Assembly: GCA_965153355.1 (NCBI GenBank)
Contig: OZ231126.1
Span: 23,746,001-23,810,000, forward strand
Direction of reading: 5' to 3'
DNA: 64,000 nt
Origin: Flaccisagitta enflata
Taxonomy: Eukaryota
Shown here: positions 52,881-64,000 of the stretch, piece by piece
Position numbering within the stretch: position 1 is the stretch's first letter
Layout: each line of letters begins with the position of its first letter
Translations under genes and position numbers: made by a program
The notes under the pieces: generated by a model
Seen by the model: the letters and a program-made list of their open reading frames with translations, nothing else
What the model was told of the DNA's origin: nothing
Database searches by the model: none

Positions 52881-53046
52881 CCTAGATAGTGAATTTTAGC
52901 CATTAATGCAGGGTTTTTCACGCCAACATGCCGATTACAAAACTACGTTTCTCCGCGCAATGACATGATAATTGATTTCTGAAAAATGTAATCTGAAATT
53001 GTGATGTTTGATTCTAAGTAGTTTACCCATCATAGGTGAGTAAATA

Positions 53047-54042
53047 CACTGCGAACCATAAAAAAGATTACAGCTGTTCTAAAAGATATTTCTAATGAAA
53101 ACAATGACTTTTCAATATTTTTTTTGTGAGAATTGGAAAGAGTGTCATCAAATAAAGCAAATGTCACAAATCCCATGAGTTTTCATGAATTATTTTAGAT
53201 TTTATGATAAAAAGAAGATCATGGTGCCAGAATCTGTGTCTGAACTATAAATTCTTCAAAAAGTATTGATAAGGAACCTTTTTTATTGGATTTTTGGCAT
53301 AAGCAATGCAAGAAATCAATTGAAATCATAGATCATTTGAAAGATAATCAAAAGAGCTTTCATTTGCCGCCAATCTCACATTTCTAGCTCAATTCGTTTA
53401 GACGCAGTAAAGAAAAGACTGAAGAGTATTCATTTTCAAGTTTGAAAAGGCGCAACACCAAAATGTACCCATTTAACTTCAAATGAATGTCATTTCTAAA
53501 CGAATAAAGTTAGGAGTCTGGGATTGGTCTAGAATGAAAGATCTTTTGAAAATCTTTCAAATGGTCACTGATTTTGTTTACTTTCTTTTATTCAAACATG
53601 GATATTTCAAGAGAAGAAAAAGATCAGTATTTTTTTGAATTTGTGTGATGAAAAAATTCCCTCAAATATCATCTATAAAGCGTTTACATCAAGAAAAAAA
53701 CTATCAAAATCAATGACATTGAGAAAGCCCTTCAAAAAATCTGTCATTTGAGCCGTTTCTTGAGTTACTAGCTCAATTGGTTTACAAATTACAATAGTTT
53801 TAGTAAAATTTGTCATTTACAAACTATCAAAGAAAATCTGTTGTTTTCCCACTTAGGTTTTGATACATTTGTCTTCATTTTAACATAAAATCCAAACAAA
53901 TTGATTGAATTCGATGAGATTGGTGGCAAATTGTTAATTTTTTGAAGCTCTTTAAAATGCTCATAAATAACCATGAGATTTTTTGAATTTAAACTATGTA
54001 AAAGTATACTGAAAGTTGTAACTTTTTTTATGAGTCGCACTG
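53047..54042. mobile_element. Tc1/mariner-type MITE
   Basis: TA|CACTGCGAACCATAAAAAAGATTACAGC vs GTTGTAACTTTTTTTATGAGTCGCACTG|TA. Confidence 0.8.
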
Positions 54043-54044
54043 TA

Positions 54045-54466
54045 CTACTCGACTCATAAAAAAAGCTGCACTTTTAAATGGCAGATTGTCATACTGAATT
54101 TCAAAATAACTAATTTAAGTCCGTTAGAAAGCTCTTGAAAAGATCTTTCATTTGGCTCCAATCTGGAAATTCTAGCTTTTAGAAATGGCATAAGAATGAG
54201 TAAAAACATTGCCATTTTCAGATTGCAATCCCATTGAAAAATGAACATTTTTACATTTTTTGAAAAATGAGCATTTTTACAAGTTAGAAGATAACTTTGA
54301 CAAGCTCTAGCTCCTAAACCGTTTAAGATACAGATTTGGGATTAGTCTAGAATGAAAGCAAATTTAAAAATCTTTCAAATCACTTTAACAGAAAATTGTT
54401 CAAATCATTTGTTTCTCTTATCCTTCCACTCAAAATAGGGTGCGGCTTTTTTTTGTAGTCGAGTAG
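54045..54466. mobile_element. Tc1/mariner-type MITE sharing a TA with the preceding element
   Basis: TA|CTACTCGACTCATAAAAAAAGCTGCAC vs GTGCGGCTTTTTTTTGTAGTCGAGTAG|TA. Confidence 0.85.
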
Positions 54467-55150
54467 TAAATCCTCAGAATTTGTATAAGTGCAAATAGGC
54501 TACCACTTCGAGAAACGTTGCTTCATGCTCAAGCCATGTCAAAACAATGAAGCATAAAAAAGTCTAAATTCCAAATTGAACAAAAATTCCGTGCAGTTGC
54601 GTGGCATTCTTCATTTGATATCGAACTGTTTACTTTGCGATCTTCCTCGTGCTGGTCTTTTTATTGCTCCATGAATAATCTGGTTGGTCAGTCCGTTCCT
54701 ACTGTTAGTGCTCTAACGTAATTTTGATAATCGTCAGCATTTTGAGCGTCTTCACCTTTGTCAGGTTGTGGAAGTTAATGATTGAATGGCGCTCCTCCAT
54801 GATCTCATGGGCCTATCTCACTATCAAGTAACATCTACTATGGAGGTGCACTGCTTCTAAAATTTATGAGTAGACCCCGGATTGGTCGCATTTTTAAGAA
54901 GCAGTGCTCAATTAAGTTGATGCTTGTTTCTCAGAGTTTTTCTCAAATGGTAATGAAAAAAATCGAGTTCTTTTAAAAAGATCTCTTATGGGTGAACGTC
55001 TTGGAAACTAACCATAATCAAAGTCAACATAGTCACGAGCTGTACAAAGCTTTTTTCAGAATTTAATTCTCATATCTAGCAGCTGAGAAATGTCGTTTTG
55101 TAATCGGTGTGTTGGCCTAAAAAACCCTGTACTTGACTCAAAAAGAAAAA

Positions 55151-56100
55151 AAACAAGGCCAGATATACGGCAATCCAGTTGTGGACAGTTGGGCAGGAGC
55201 AGTAATGCTATAATCGCCCGCAATTCAGAAATGTTACCGAACGACGGCAAGGTGTAGAATCGCATATCCGCACCCTGTTTTGTGTGGATGAATAAGAAAA
55301 AGAAATGATTTGAACATTTTTCTGTTTAAATAATCTTGAAGATTTTCAAATTTTCTTTCATTCTAGACCAATCCCAGATCTGTATCACAAACGGTTTAGG
55401 AGATAGAGCAGTGAGGCTAAAGACGGCAAAAACCCAAAAAAAGTAATGTGTGACAGACGGACCAAGGGATGGACGGACCAACGGACTGATGGACCAATAA
55501 AGCGGGGTGTAGTCGCGTAGCACGCGACTAAAAGTTGGTTGATGGCTTTGGGCTCTAGGGGGTGCTGCTAAAATTTGGGCCTCCAGACGCTAAATTAGGG
55601 GTCATTCCGTAAACTGTCCCATGAGGGAGTGAGCGAAGTGAGTGATGGATCCCATGAATGTAGCGAGCAAGCAAAGCGAGTGTAGCAAAGCAGAGCGCTG
55701 CAGAGTAATAGAGGGAAGCGGTGCGAGCGAACAAACATAGCGAGCGACCGAGTGGCCCATTAAAAACGCAATTGTCTCTGACTGGAAACACCCTCTTTAG
55801 TCCCATCTATTTTCATTAAGTAATTAGCATACTTTTTATCGGGTGAAAAGTCTTGCTAAGCTCTGGTGCGATATTACTTATTAGTAGCGGACACGCAGCT
55901 CAATAAGAGGCTTTGTTCGTCCGTTGGTTTGTTGGTATGTCTGTTGGTCCGTCATGGTGATCAAATTGAAAATTGCGAAAGCACGCATTTTCAAGGCTCT
56001 GTGTGTGCGTTAGTACATGTGCACCCCATGGGATGGGCGAAGCTGTTAATGGAGGTTGGCAACGATATAGTGACAATCGAAAGTGGGCACAGGTTCTTGA
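55151..56100. mobile_element. Cluster of three HINE family 1 copies or fragments (~55151-55272 minus, ~55400-55533 minus, ~55878-56100 plus)
   Basis: Conserved termini aacaaggccagatatacggc, agtcgcgtagcacgcgact and agtagcggacacgcagct. Confidence 0.7.
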
Positions 56101-58269
56101 ATGGTGACTGATTGGCAAAATGTGGCTGCATGGACCTAATCCTGCCCTATCTCAGGACAAAAAACAAAAAATTTTGACCCCTTGCTCTCCATAAGTCAAT
56201 CTCGAAAATTCTCGATTCTCACTCATGATTGGCCTGGCAACTTTAATTGGTCAACTTATAAGCCTATAGCATGAGTTTCATCTCTGGTCATGATCAACAT
56301 TATCACCCTCGATATTTCCCTTCCATAAAAAGTCTGTAAGTGTAACTCGTCAACATTATTCATCCTCTTCTTCTTATCTTATCTGTGGTTAATAGAAGTA
56401 GGAAAGATAAAAGTTCAGATAGAGAAGAAACTTAACAAGAGGAAAGTGAAAGAGAAGAAACATAACAAAATGAAAGTGAAAGGTTTAGTTTGAAAAGAGG
56501 AAAATAAAGATAGACAGGCCTATCCAGAGCGGGCTATGGACCATCTTATCTTCTTCTTGTTTCCCTCTTCTTCCTCTTCTTCCTCTTCTTCCTCTTCTTC
56601 TTCCGTTTCTTCTTCTTCTTCTTCTTCCTTTTGTATTCCTTCATTCATTCATTTATTCATTCATTCATTCATTCATTCATTCATTCATACATTCATTTGT
56701 TCGTTCATTAATTCATTCATTTATTCATTCATTCATGCATTCATTCATTCATTCATTCATTCATTCATTCATTCATTCATTCATTCATTCATTGAGAAAA
56801 AATCATCTTTTTCTACTTTTATCATCAGGCCTTAAACGATTTACAGAGACAATCCATTTGTTTAGGGTATGAAAAACAGTGGGAATATGGCAACAATGGC
56901 TAATGATTCGGTTGAAGGTAATCGAGGCGCGAAGAGAGTAGAGAGGTTGGTTACCAAGTGATTCAAAAATTGTCATATGAGGTACAGGGTGAAACAAAAA
57001 AAGAAAAAAATTTAAATGTCATTTCAAGTCATTTCAAATCGGTTTAAGCTATTTTAGGTCATTGAAAGTCACACATACTAAATTCATGTCATTAGGACTA
57101 TTTTAGTTTTTGTCATTTGTTTGAATATCTAGTAGAAGAGTTCAGTCAATTACTACCTAGGAAAAAACTATATCTACACCTAGGATACAAGATGATTTAG
57201 TGACCTAATATGATTATACAAAAAGTGTTGATATATAAAATAAGTTGTTTTTTAATTAAAAATTTTTATCAAAGTTTTTGAAAGCAATATCTAAAGCCAT
57301 TCTAACCTATTATAGAGGATAGGGTGTTAACACTCATAGGCAAATTTACAATTTAGGAAGAAGTTGATATTTATATCTGCCATTTCCAAACGTACAAAAC
57401 CACAGAAACCAGAATGAGTTCATCTTCTAGATTTTTTGGTGTAGATAATTTTGTTTTTTTAAAAATTGTACTAGCTGCTCTGGAAGCGGAGATATGTTGA
57501 TTTAAAGCTGTCTATAATTTCTGCATTCTGCTGTCTCTTATTTTTTCTTGATTTTTAGAATGAATGTCTTTTACATTTTTGCTTGTAATTTCTAAACGAT
57601 TTAAGATACACCAACCAGATTGGACTCATTTTGAAGATTTTTTGATAACGTTTAATTTGTTTTTTTAAAAATCTATCTAGCATTTCTAGAAGCGGAGATA
57701 TCCTTAGTAGAAGGTGGAGATATACTTTTTTCCTAGATAGTAAGATAAGCACGCGACTGGACTTTTTTCCATTAAACGCCACACCTTTATATATGCTCTG
57801 ATTAACGATTTGGTTGAAGATGAAGAAGCAAATAATCCTTAGATTAAAAAGGATTTTGATTGTTTCTATTATTCTATTATTTAACATTTTTTTTTATTTA
57901 TTATCTATTATTCTATTCATTATTCTATTATTCTATGGAAAAAATGGGTGGCTAAAGAAATATTTTTTTGTTTTTTCTCATATTTTTAGTATCTTTAGGA
58001 TTAGATTTTTTTTATTTTTGCCAAAAAGATACAGAGCAATATTGTGATTTTTTTATTTTCTTTTTATTTCTATTTGTTGTCCTCGAACTCGACCCAACAG
58101 TCCGCTAATGCATTTCCTGTTTTCTGAGCAACCAATCAACAAAATTGGATGAAATTTGAGATCTACACTCAACTCGAGTCACTCTTCATTAGGGTGGTCG
58201 GGGTTAAGGGTCAAATTTCAAAAAATGATACTTTAGTTTATTGCATAAGAGTACCAATTTAGAAAGTTT

Positions 58270-58860
58270 AAGGCTTAAGGCTAGATTTTAGGCTTTGAGG
58301 CTGAATTTGAGGCTTGAAGCTGGAATATGAGCCTCACGGTTGGAACTTGAGCCTCGACGTTGGATTTTTGGATTTTTGGAGTAGAAGAGGGAGGAGAAGT
58401 GGAGAGGCTGGAGTGGCTGGAGAGGCTGGATTCTGGGCTTTGAGGCTCAATTTGAGCCTTAAGGCTGAATTTCAAGCTTTGAGGCTAGTAGCTGGAATTT
58501 GAGCCTCAAGGCTGGAATTTGAGCCTCAAAGCTAATATTTGAGCCTCGAGGCTAGATTTTGGGCTTTAAGGCTGAAAGAGGGGGTGGACGGAGAAGGAGG
58601 AGGAGGCAAAAGTGTCAGATGGTCAGCGGTACCCGTTGCCCCTAAGTTGGTGAATGTAAGATGTGAAGGTGAGAGGGGCAGTGGCCCGAAGGAGCCAATG
58701 ACCTATGCTGGGCTAAGATTTGAGCATTGGACTCAAATTTGGAGCTGGGATTTGGACCACGATGCAGATGAGGAGCCATCAGGCTTGGATTGGAGCCTCT
58801 TGGCTGGGGTTTGAGCCTCATGGCTAAGGTCTTCAATTCCAGCCTTGAGGCTGTAGAGTC
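58270..58860 (-). mobile_element. Rearranged or degenerate HINE family 2 sequences with 20-bp arrays
   Basis: agatggtcagcggtacccgttgcccct and gaggggcagtggcccgaaggagccaatgacctatgct flanked on both sides by gaggct...tttgagcct units. Confidence 0.7.
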
Positions 58861-58922
58861 GCTTAGCTTGCGACTCAAAACAGAAAGGATGCATCTACGG
58901 CCTTCTTTACTTTTTAGGGATC

Positions 58923-59046
<124 letters not shown>

Positions 59047-59263
59047 GAGAGAGAGAGAGTAATTTGCGCCCCCCTACACATGTCATGAATGGAAAGACCG
59101 ACGGACTAAGCTTTCGCGACTTTTTTTCTTTTTCCCCTTCTTTTTGGGCAGCGGCCCCAAAGGACAAATCTTCTGTAGGACACAGGGGTGAATTTCCAAT
59201 TAATTCCAAATGTCTGTCCATCCATCAGTTCATCTGTACATACGAATGTCGTGAACTGACGAA

Positions 59264-59387
<124 letters not shown>

Positions 59388-59476
59388 AATGTTCTGGGTA
59401 CAAGTAATTCACCTAGAAAGGTTCTTTGCGCGGTTTGATAACATACTACGATCGCACGAACCTATGTTTTATTTTG

Positions 59477-59554
<78 letters not shown>

Positions 59555-59752
59555 CCTCGGTCAACCGCAATTGACCGATTACCGTCTTCGGACATACCGC
59601 GAGAACCTCGCGGACATGAATGCACAGCACATGTGGATTTGAATGACCGGAATGAGATCGGGATTACCATTGAGGTCATTGATCGAGCGACCGGGGTTGC
59701 CCGCGTTTACCATAGCGGGCAAAGCACACGTTCGCCCTGGCGAGGCAATAGA

Positions 59753-60108
<356 letters not shown>

Positions 60109-60494
60109 CATTCGCCAGTGAAATGTCTTAATGGTAAGTGATTTCGTCTTCGCTTCGTGCGTCGTGTTTCCAGCCTTGGTCTCCCTCTCCTATTTCTAAT
60201 CTCCCATGAGCTTTTTTGGCTGGCTTTGATGTTTTCCATCTTTTTTCTTGCCTCATTCTATTTCAAGAATGAATGGGATCTTGAATGCGGGCCATTTGCT
60301 ATTTGGCATCAAGCTGCAGATGAGACGTTGGTAAAAATATTTCAAAAAAACAAGATGAACGCAGAAAGGGGGAAAGGGGAAGACGGAAGAGATTGGCATA
60401 GTCGCTACCCAAGGATAAGTTTGAAAAGAAACGTTGTGTTGAGAATGCATTCATTAAGAAGATCTTTTTCTTACTACGCTATCATTGGACAACT

Positions 60495-61150
60495 CACTGG
60501 TCACGGCTATATATGTCGTGGTGCAGAACAGCGCCAAATTTGACAAATCGTTCTGTACTGTGATAGAATACGCTGCTATGCAGCGGAAATGTGGCAAAAA
60601 CTAAAGTGTTATGCATGCTTTATACTCCCTAAATTAATTAAAAACCGGTTAACTGACCAATGGTATTGATCTCGCATCGGTAAAGTCGCAGCATACTCAG
60701 TGAAACAACAGAATTCTTGGAAAAAAATTGCACGGAAAACTTTAGATGTTGCCACGTAAAAAACCGAATCTGTCTCTGAATGCAAAATTTTGCATTTCTA
60801 AACACATGGCCTGTTTCTTAAAAGTGTTTAGACTGATGCCATGTTTTTCAAAATGCAAAATTTTGAATTCAGAGACAGATTCGGTTTTTTACGCGAGACA
60901 TGTCAATGCACAAGAATCAATTTTTGTTAAAAATCCATCAATTTTGCATGCTTTTTTCTCACATTTCCTAAGCATATGGTACAGAAAAACGTTTTTCTAT
61001 GCAAAAAATTGATGATTACCAACCACAAATCCTTTATCTACATAAAAATTCTTTGAATAGATAAGATAAAAAATATCATATAAATCGTTTTGACTTGTCA
61101 AATTGCGTACTCGTTTGCACTGTGACATATCTTGCAGACATGCCACGGCT
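60495..61150. mobile_element. Foldback element with a near-perfect central hairpin (60755-60893)
   Basis: cgtaaaaaaccgaatctgtctctgaatgcaaaattttgcattt is inverted to aaatgcaaaattttgaattcagagacagattcggttttttacg; diverged outer arms (aatttgacaa / ttgtcaaatt). Confidence 0.65.
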
Positions 61151-61369
61151 ACATCTTTTTACAGTTAGCAAGATATAGTGGGGTAAATCTCACAATATCT
61201 TTAACGGACATCTACAAAAAGATAGCGAGACGGAAATGAGCAGGTATGACTTAGTTACGGTTAAGATAAATGATAACAAATGATAACAAGATAACTGGGC
61301 TTTGGTAGTGAAGTGGATGGGGCAGCGCAGATGGCATAACGCCTCCAGATGAGGAGGCAAGCATCCTGG

Positions 61370-62920
61370 CAGAGACTATTTGAATGGCATAGTACGTTTT
61401 CACAAGACGAGATGGTAACAAGGAGAAAGACGGCACACGCAACTCGCAAGAAACATCGCAGAGACAAGACAGATGCACGTTTAGACAAGTGAGGATGGTA
61501 ACTAGATGAAAGATAGTAGAGTCAGCTTGCGAAATACGTTGAGACAAGACAAAATGGTAAAAGTCGCAAAAGCGATAGATGGTCAGCGGTACCCGTTGCC
61601 CCTATGTGAGTGTATATGGGTGTGAGGAGGTTAGAGGGGCAGCGGCCCCAAAGGGGCCGATGACCTATGCTGTTTTTGTTTGAGCTTCAAGGCTGGAATT
61701 ATGGCCTCAAGGCTGGAATTGGGGCCCTGAGGCTTGGAGTAGAGCCTTGAGGCTTGGATTTGAGCCTTGAAGCAAGAATAATGGCCACGAGGCTGGAATT
61801 ATGGCTTGAGGCTGGAATTATGGCTTCGAGGCTGGAATTATGTCTTCAAGGCTGGAATTGGGGCTTTGAGGTTTGGATCTGAGCCTTGAGGCTGGGATTT
61901 GAGCCTCAAGGCTGGGATTTGAGCCTCGAGGCTAGGATTTAGGCCACGAGGTTGGGATTTGGGCCTCAAGGTTAGAATTTGGATCTCTGGGGTAGAACAT
62001 GAGCCTCACAGCTAGAATTTGGGCCTCAGGGCTAGATTTTGGGCCTCTGGGCTAGAATTTGGGCCTCAAGGCTAGATTTTGGGCCTCAAGGTTAGAATTT
62101 GGATCTCTGGGGTGGAATATGGGCCTCACAGCCAGAATTTGAGCCTCAAGGCGGGGGGGGGGGGGACGGATGGAGGAGGAGGAGAAGAAGAAGAAATTTC
62201 TCCATGTGTGAAAGCATAGGTCATCGGCCCCTTCGGGGCCGCTGCCCAAAAAGGAGAAAGATGGCACACGCGATAAATATGGCAAAGACAATACAGATGG
62301 CGTAGCATGTTGAGACAAGAGAAGATGGTGACTAGAAGCAAGATGGCAGAGACAATACAGTTAGCGTATCACGTTGAGACAAGACAAAATGGTAACAAGG
62401 AGAAAGATGGCAGAGACAATACAGATGGCGTATTACTTTGAGACAAAAAAAGATTGGTAACTAGGAGATAGATGGCACACGCGATAAATATGGTAAAGAC
62501 AATACAAATGGCGTAGTACGTTGAGACAGGACAAGATGGTTACTTTGAAGAAAGATGACAGAGACAATACAGTTGGTGTATTACTTTGAGACAAAAAAAG
62601 AATGGTAACTAGGAGATAGATGGCACACGCGATAAATATGGCAAAGACAATACAGATGGCGTAGTACGTTGAGACAGGACAAGATGGTAACTTTGAAGAA
62701 AGATGGCAGAGACAATACAGATAGCGTAATACGTTGAGACAAGACAAGACGGTAACTAGAAGAAAGATTGCAGAGACATTACAGATATGGTAATGCATTG
62801 AGACAAACAAAATGGTAACTGGGAGAAAGATGGCACACGCGAGAAATGTGGCAAAGACAATACAGATGGCGTAGTGCGTTGAGACAAGACAAGATGGTAA
62901 CTAGAAGAAAGATGGCACGT
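61370..62920. repeat. Minisatellite of ~62-bp and ~82-bp unit variants, interrupted by a HINE2
   Basis: gagacaatacagatggcgtagtacgttgagacaagacaagatggtaactagaagaaagatggca units, some with an extra cacgcgataaatatggcaaa. Confidence 0.88.
61562..62252 (-). mobile_element. Full-length HINE family 2 copy with a ~470-bp 20-bp-unit array
   Basis: Intact tcgc-aaaa-gcga stem-loop, subTIRs ggggcagcggcccc / ggggccgctgccc; inserted in an A/T run without a clear TSD. Confidence 0.85.
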
Positions 62921-63044
62921 ATTCTCAACTCTGTAATTGCGTCTGCGGCTGGAATTGGCAACGAGGGAAATGTCAAAGGAAAAACAAACAAAAACTCGAG
63001 GGGAAAGGGATAACAAGAAAAAGATGAGGAGATACGAGGAGAAG

Positions 63045-63497
63045 GAGAAGAAGAAGAAGAAGAAGAAGAAGAAGAAGAAGAAGAAGAAGAAGAAGAAGAA
63101 GAAGAAGAAGAAAAAGAACAACAACAACAACAAGAGGAAGAGGCGTGCTTATTATGGAGTAGCGTGTAGCGCCGCTACTTGGAATGATATGGGCGCCTCT
63201 CGGAATATCGAAGAAGAAGAAAAAGAAGAAGAAGAAGAAGAAGAAGAAGAAGAAGAAGAAGAAGAAGAAGAAGAAGAAGAAGAAGAAGAAGAAAAACAAA
63301 AAACAAAAACAAAAACAAAAACAAAGAAGAAGAAGAAGAAGAAGAAGAAGAAGAAGAAGAAGAAGAAGAAGAAGAAGAAGAAGAAGAAGAAGAAGAAGAA
63401 GAAGAAGAAGAAGAAGAAGAAGAAGAAGAAGAAGAAGAAGAAGAAGAAGAAGAAGAAGAAGAAGAAGAAGAAGAAGAAGAAGAAGAAGAAGAAGAAA
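63045..63497. repeat. (GAA)n tracts
   Basis: Direct reading. Confidence 0.95.
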
Positions 63498-63809
63498 AAG
63501 AAAAAGAAAATGAAGGAGAACAGGATGAGGAAGAGGAGGAAGAAGACAATAAGGAGATGAAATCATTTAAAGTCGCCGATATCCTTGCCCAGGGCAAACA
63601 AGTTTGCAGCTTAGAATGCCGAGTTATTCAATGTAAAAACCATTTCTAAGTACAAACTTGAAACTAATTAATTGTTTACTTCCAAGTTTTAGAAGTCGTC
63701 AAAATTTTGTATGGGGGCTTCTGTCATGTTGAAGAAAGAGAGAGAGAGAGAAAAGGATGAAGCTGAATTAGACATGAGTTTCCAGAAATTTCCCGCTTTC
63801 TTTTTCCCA

Positions 63810-64000
63810 TTTTTAGTTGCGGAGTGCGGACACTCAACTCTGTAAGAGGCTTTGTCTGTCCGTTGGTCCGTCAGTCCGTCCGTCTGTCCGTCCGTCCGTC
63901 CGTGATGATTGCATTTTTGATGCCGTAGTTGTGATTGTTTGTGTGTGTGAGTATGTTAAGGGTGGCAGAAGGTGTGGATGGGGGTTACACGCCCCAGCCC
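63810..64000 (+). mobile_element. HINE family 1b copy truncated by the window end
   Basis: tttttagttgcgga...cggacactcaactctgtaagaggctttgtc, (GTCC)n. Confidence 0.75.

Noticed and set aside
52670..57075. LTR retrotransposon bounded by the two ~200-bp direct repeats
   Set aside because: No TG...CA ends, PBS, PPT, TSD or gag/pol remnants; the interior is MITEs and HINEs.

Overview
This is repeat-dense eukaryotic (probably invertebrate animal) genomic DNA with one 10-N gap at 802-811. Almost every ORF in the supplied track is an artefact of (GA)n, (GT)n, (CAA/GTT)n, (GAA)n, (TA)n or (GTCY)n microsatellites. The real content is mostly nested non-autonomous transposons. About 20 copies of one Helentron/HINE (DINE-1/pearl-like) family are present. 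A second HINE-like family carries internal 20-bp or ~33-bp tandem arrays. There are several Tc1/mariner-type MITEs with TA TSDs, including a 4-kb element whose ~480-bp TIRs each contain a tRNA-like A/B-box module, and two elements with 8-bp TSDs. A 5'-truncated LINE has an RT reading frame that is fully restored once two nested insertions are removed. A 324-bp tandem array carries a Helitron-type 3' end in each unit. Host coding signal is limited to a fragmented WD40-like (possibly F-box/WD40) gene or pseudogene at 9505-14132 and a few low-confidence candidate exons. I found no rRNA, bona fide tRNA, CRISPR array or autonomous transposase, and no clearly new biological system can be demonstrated from the sequence alone. 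Coordinates were counted by eye, so ends without a TSD are approximate.
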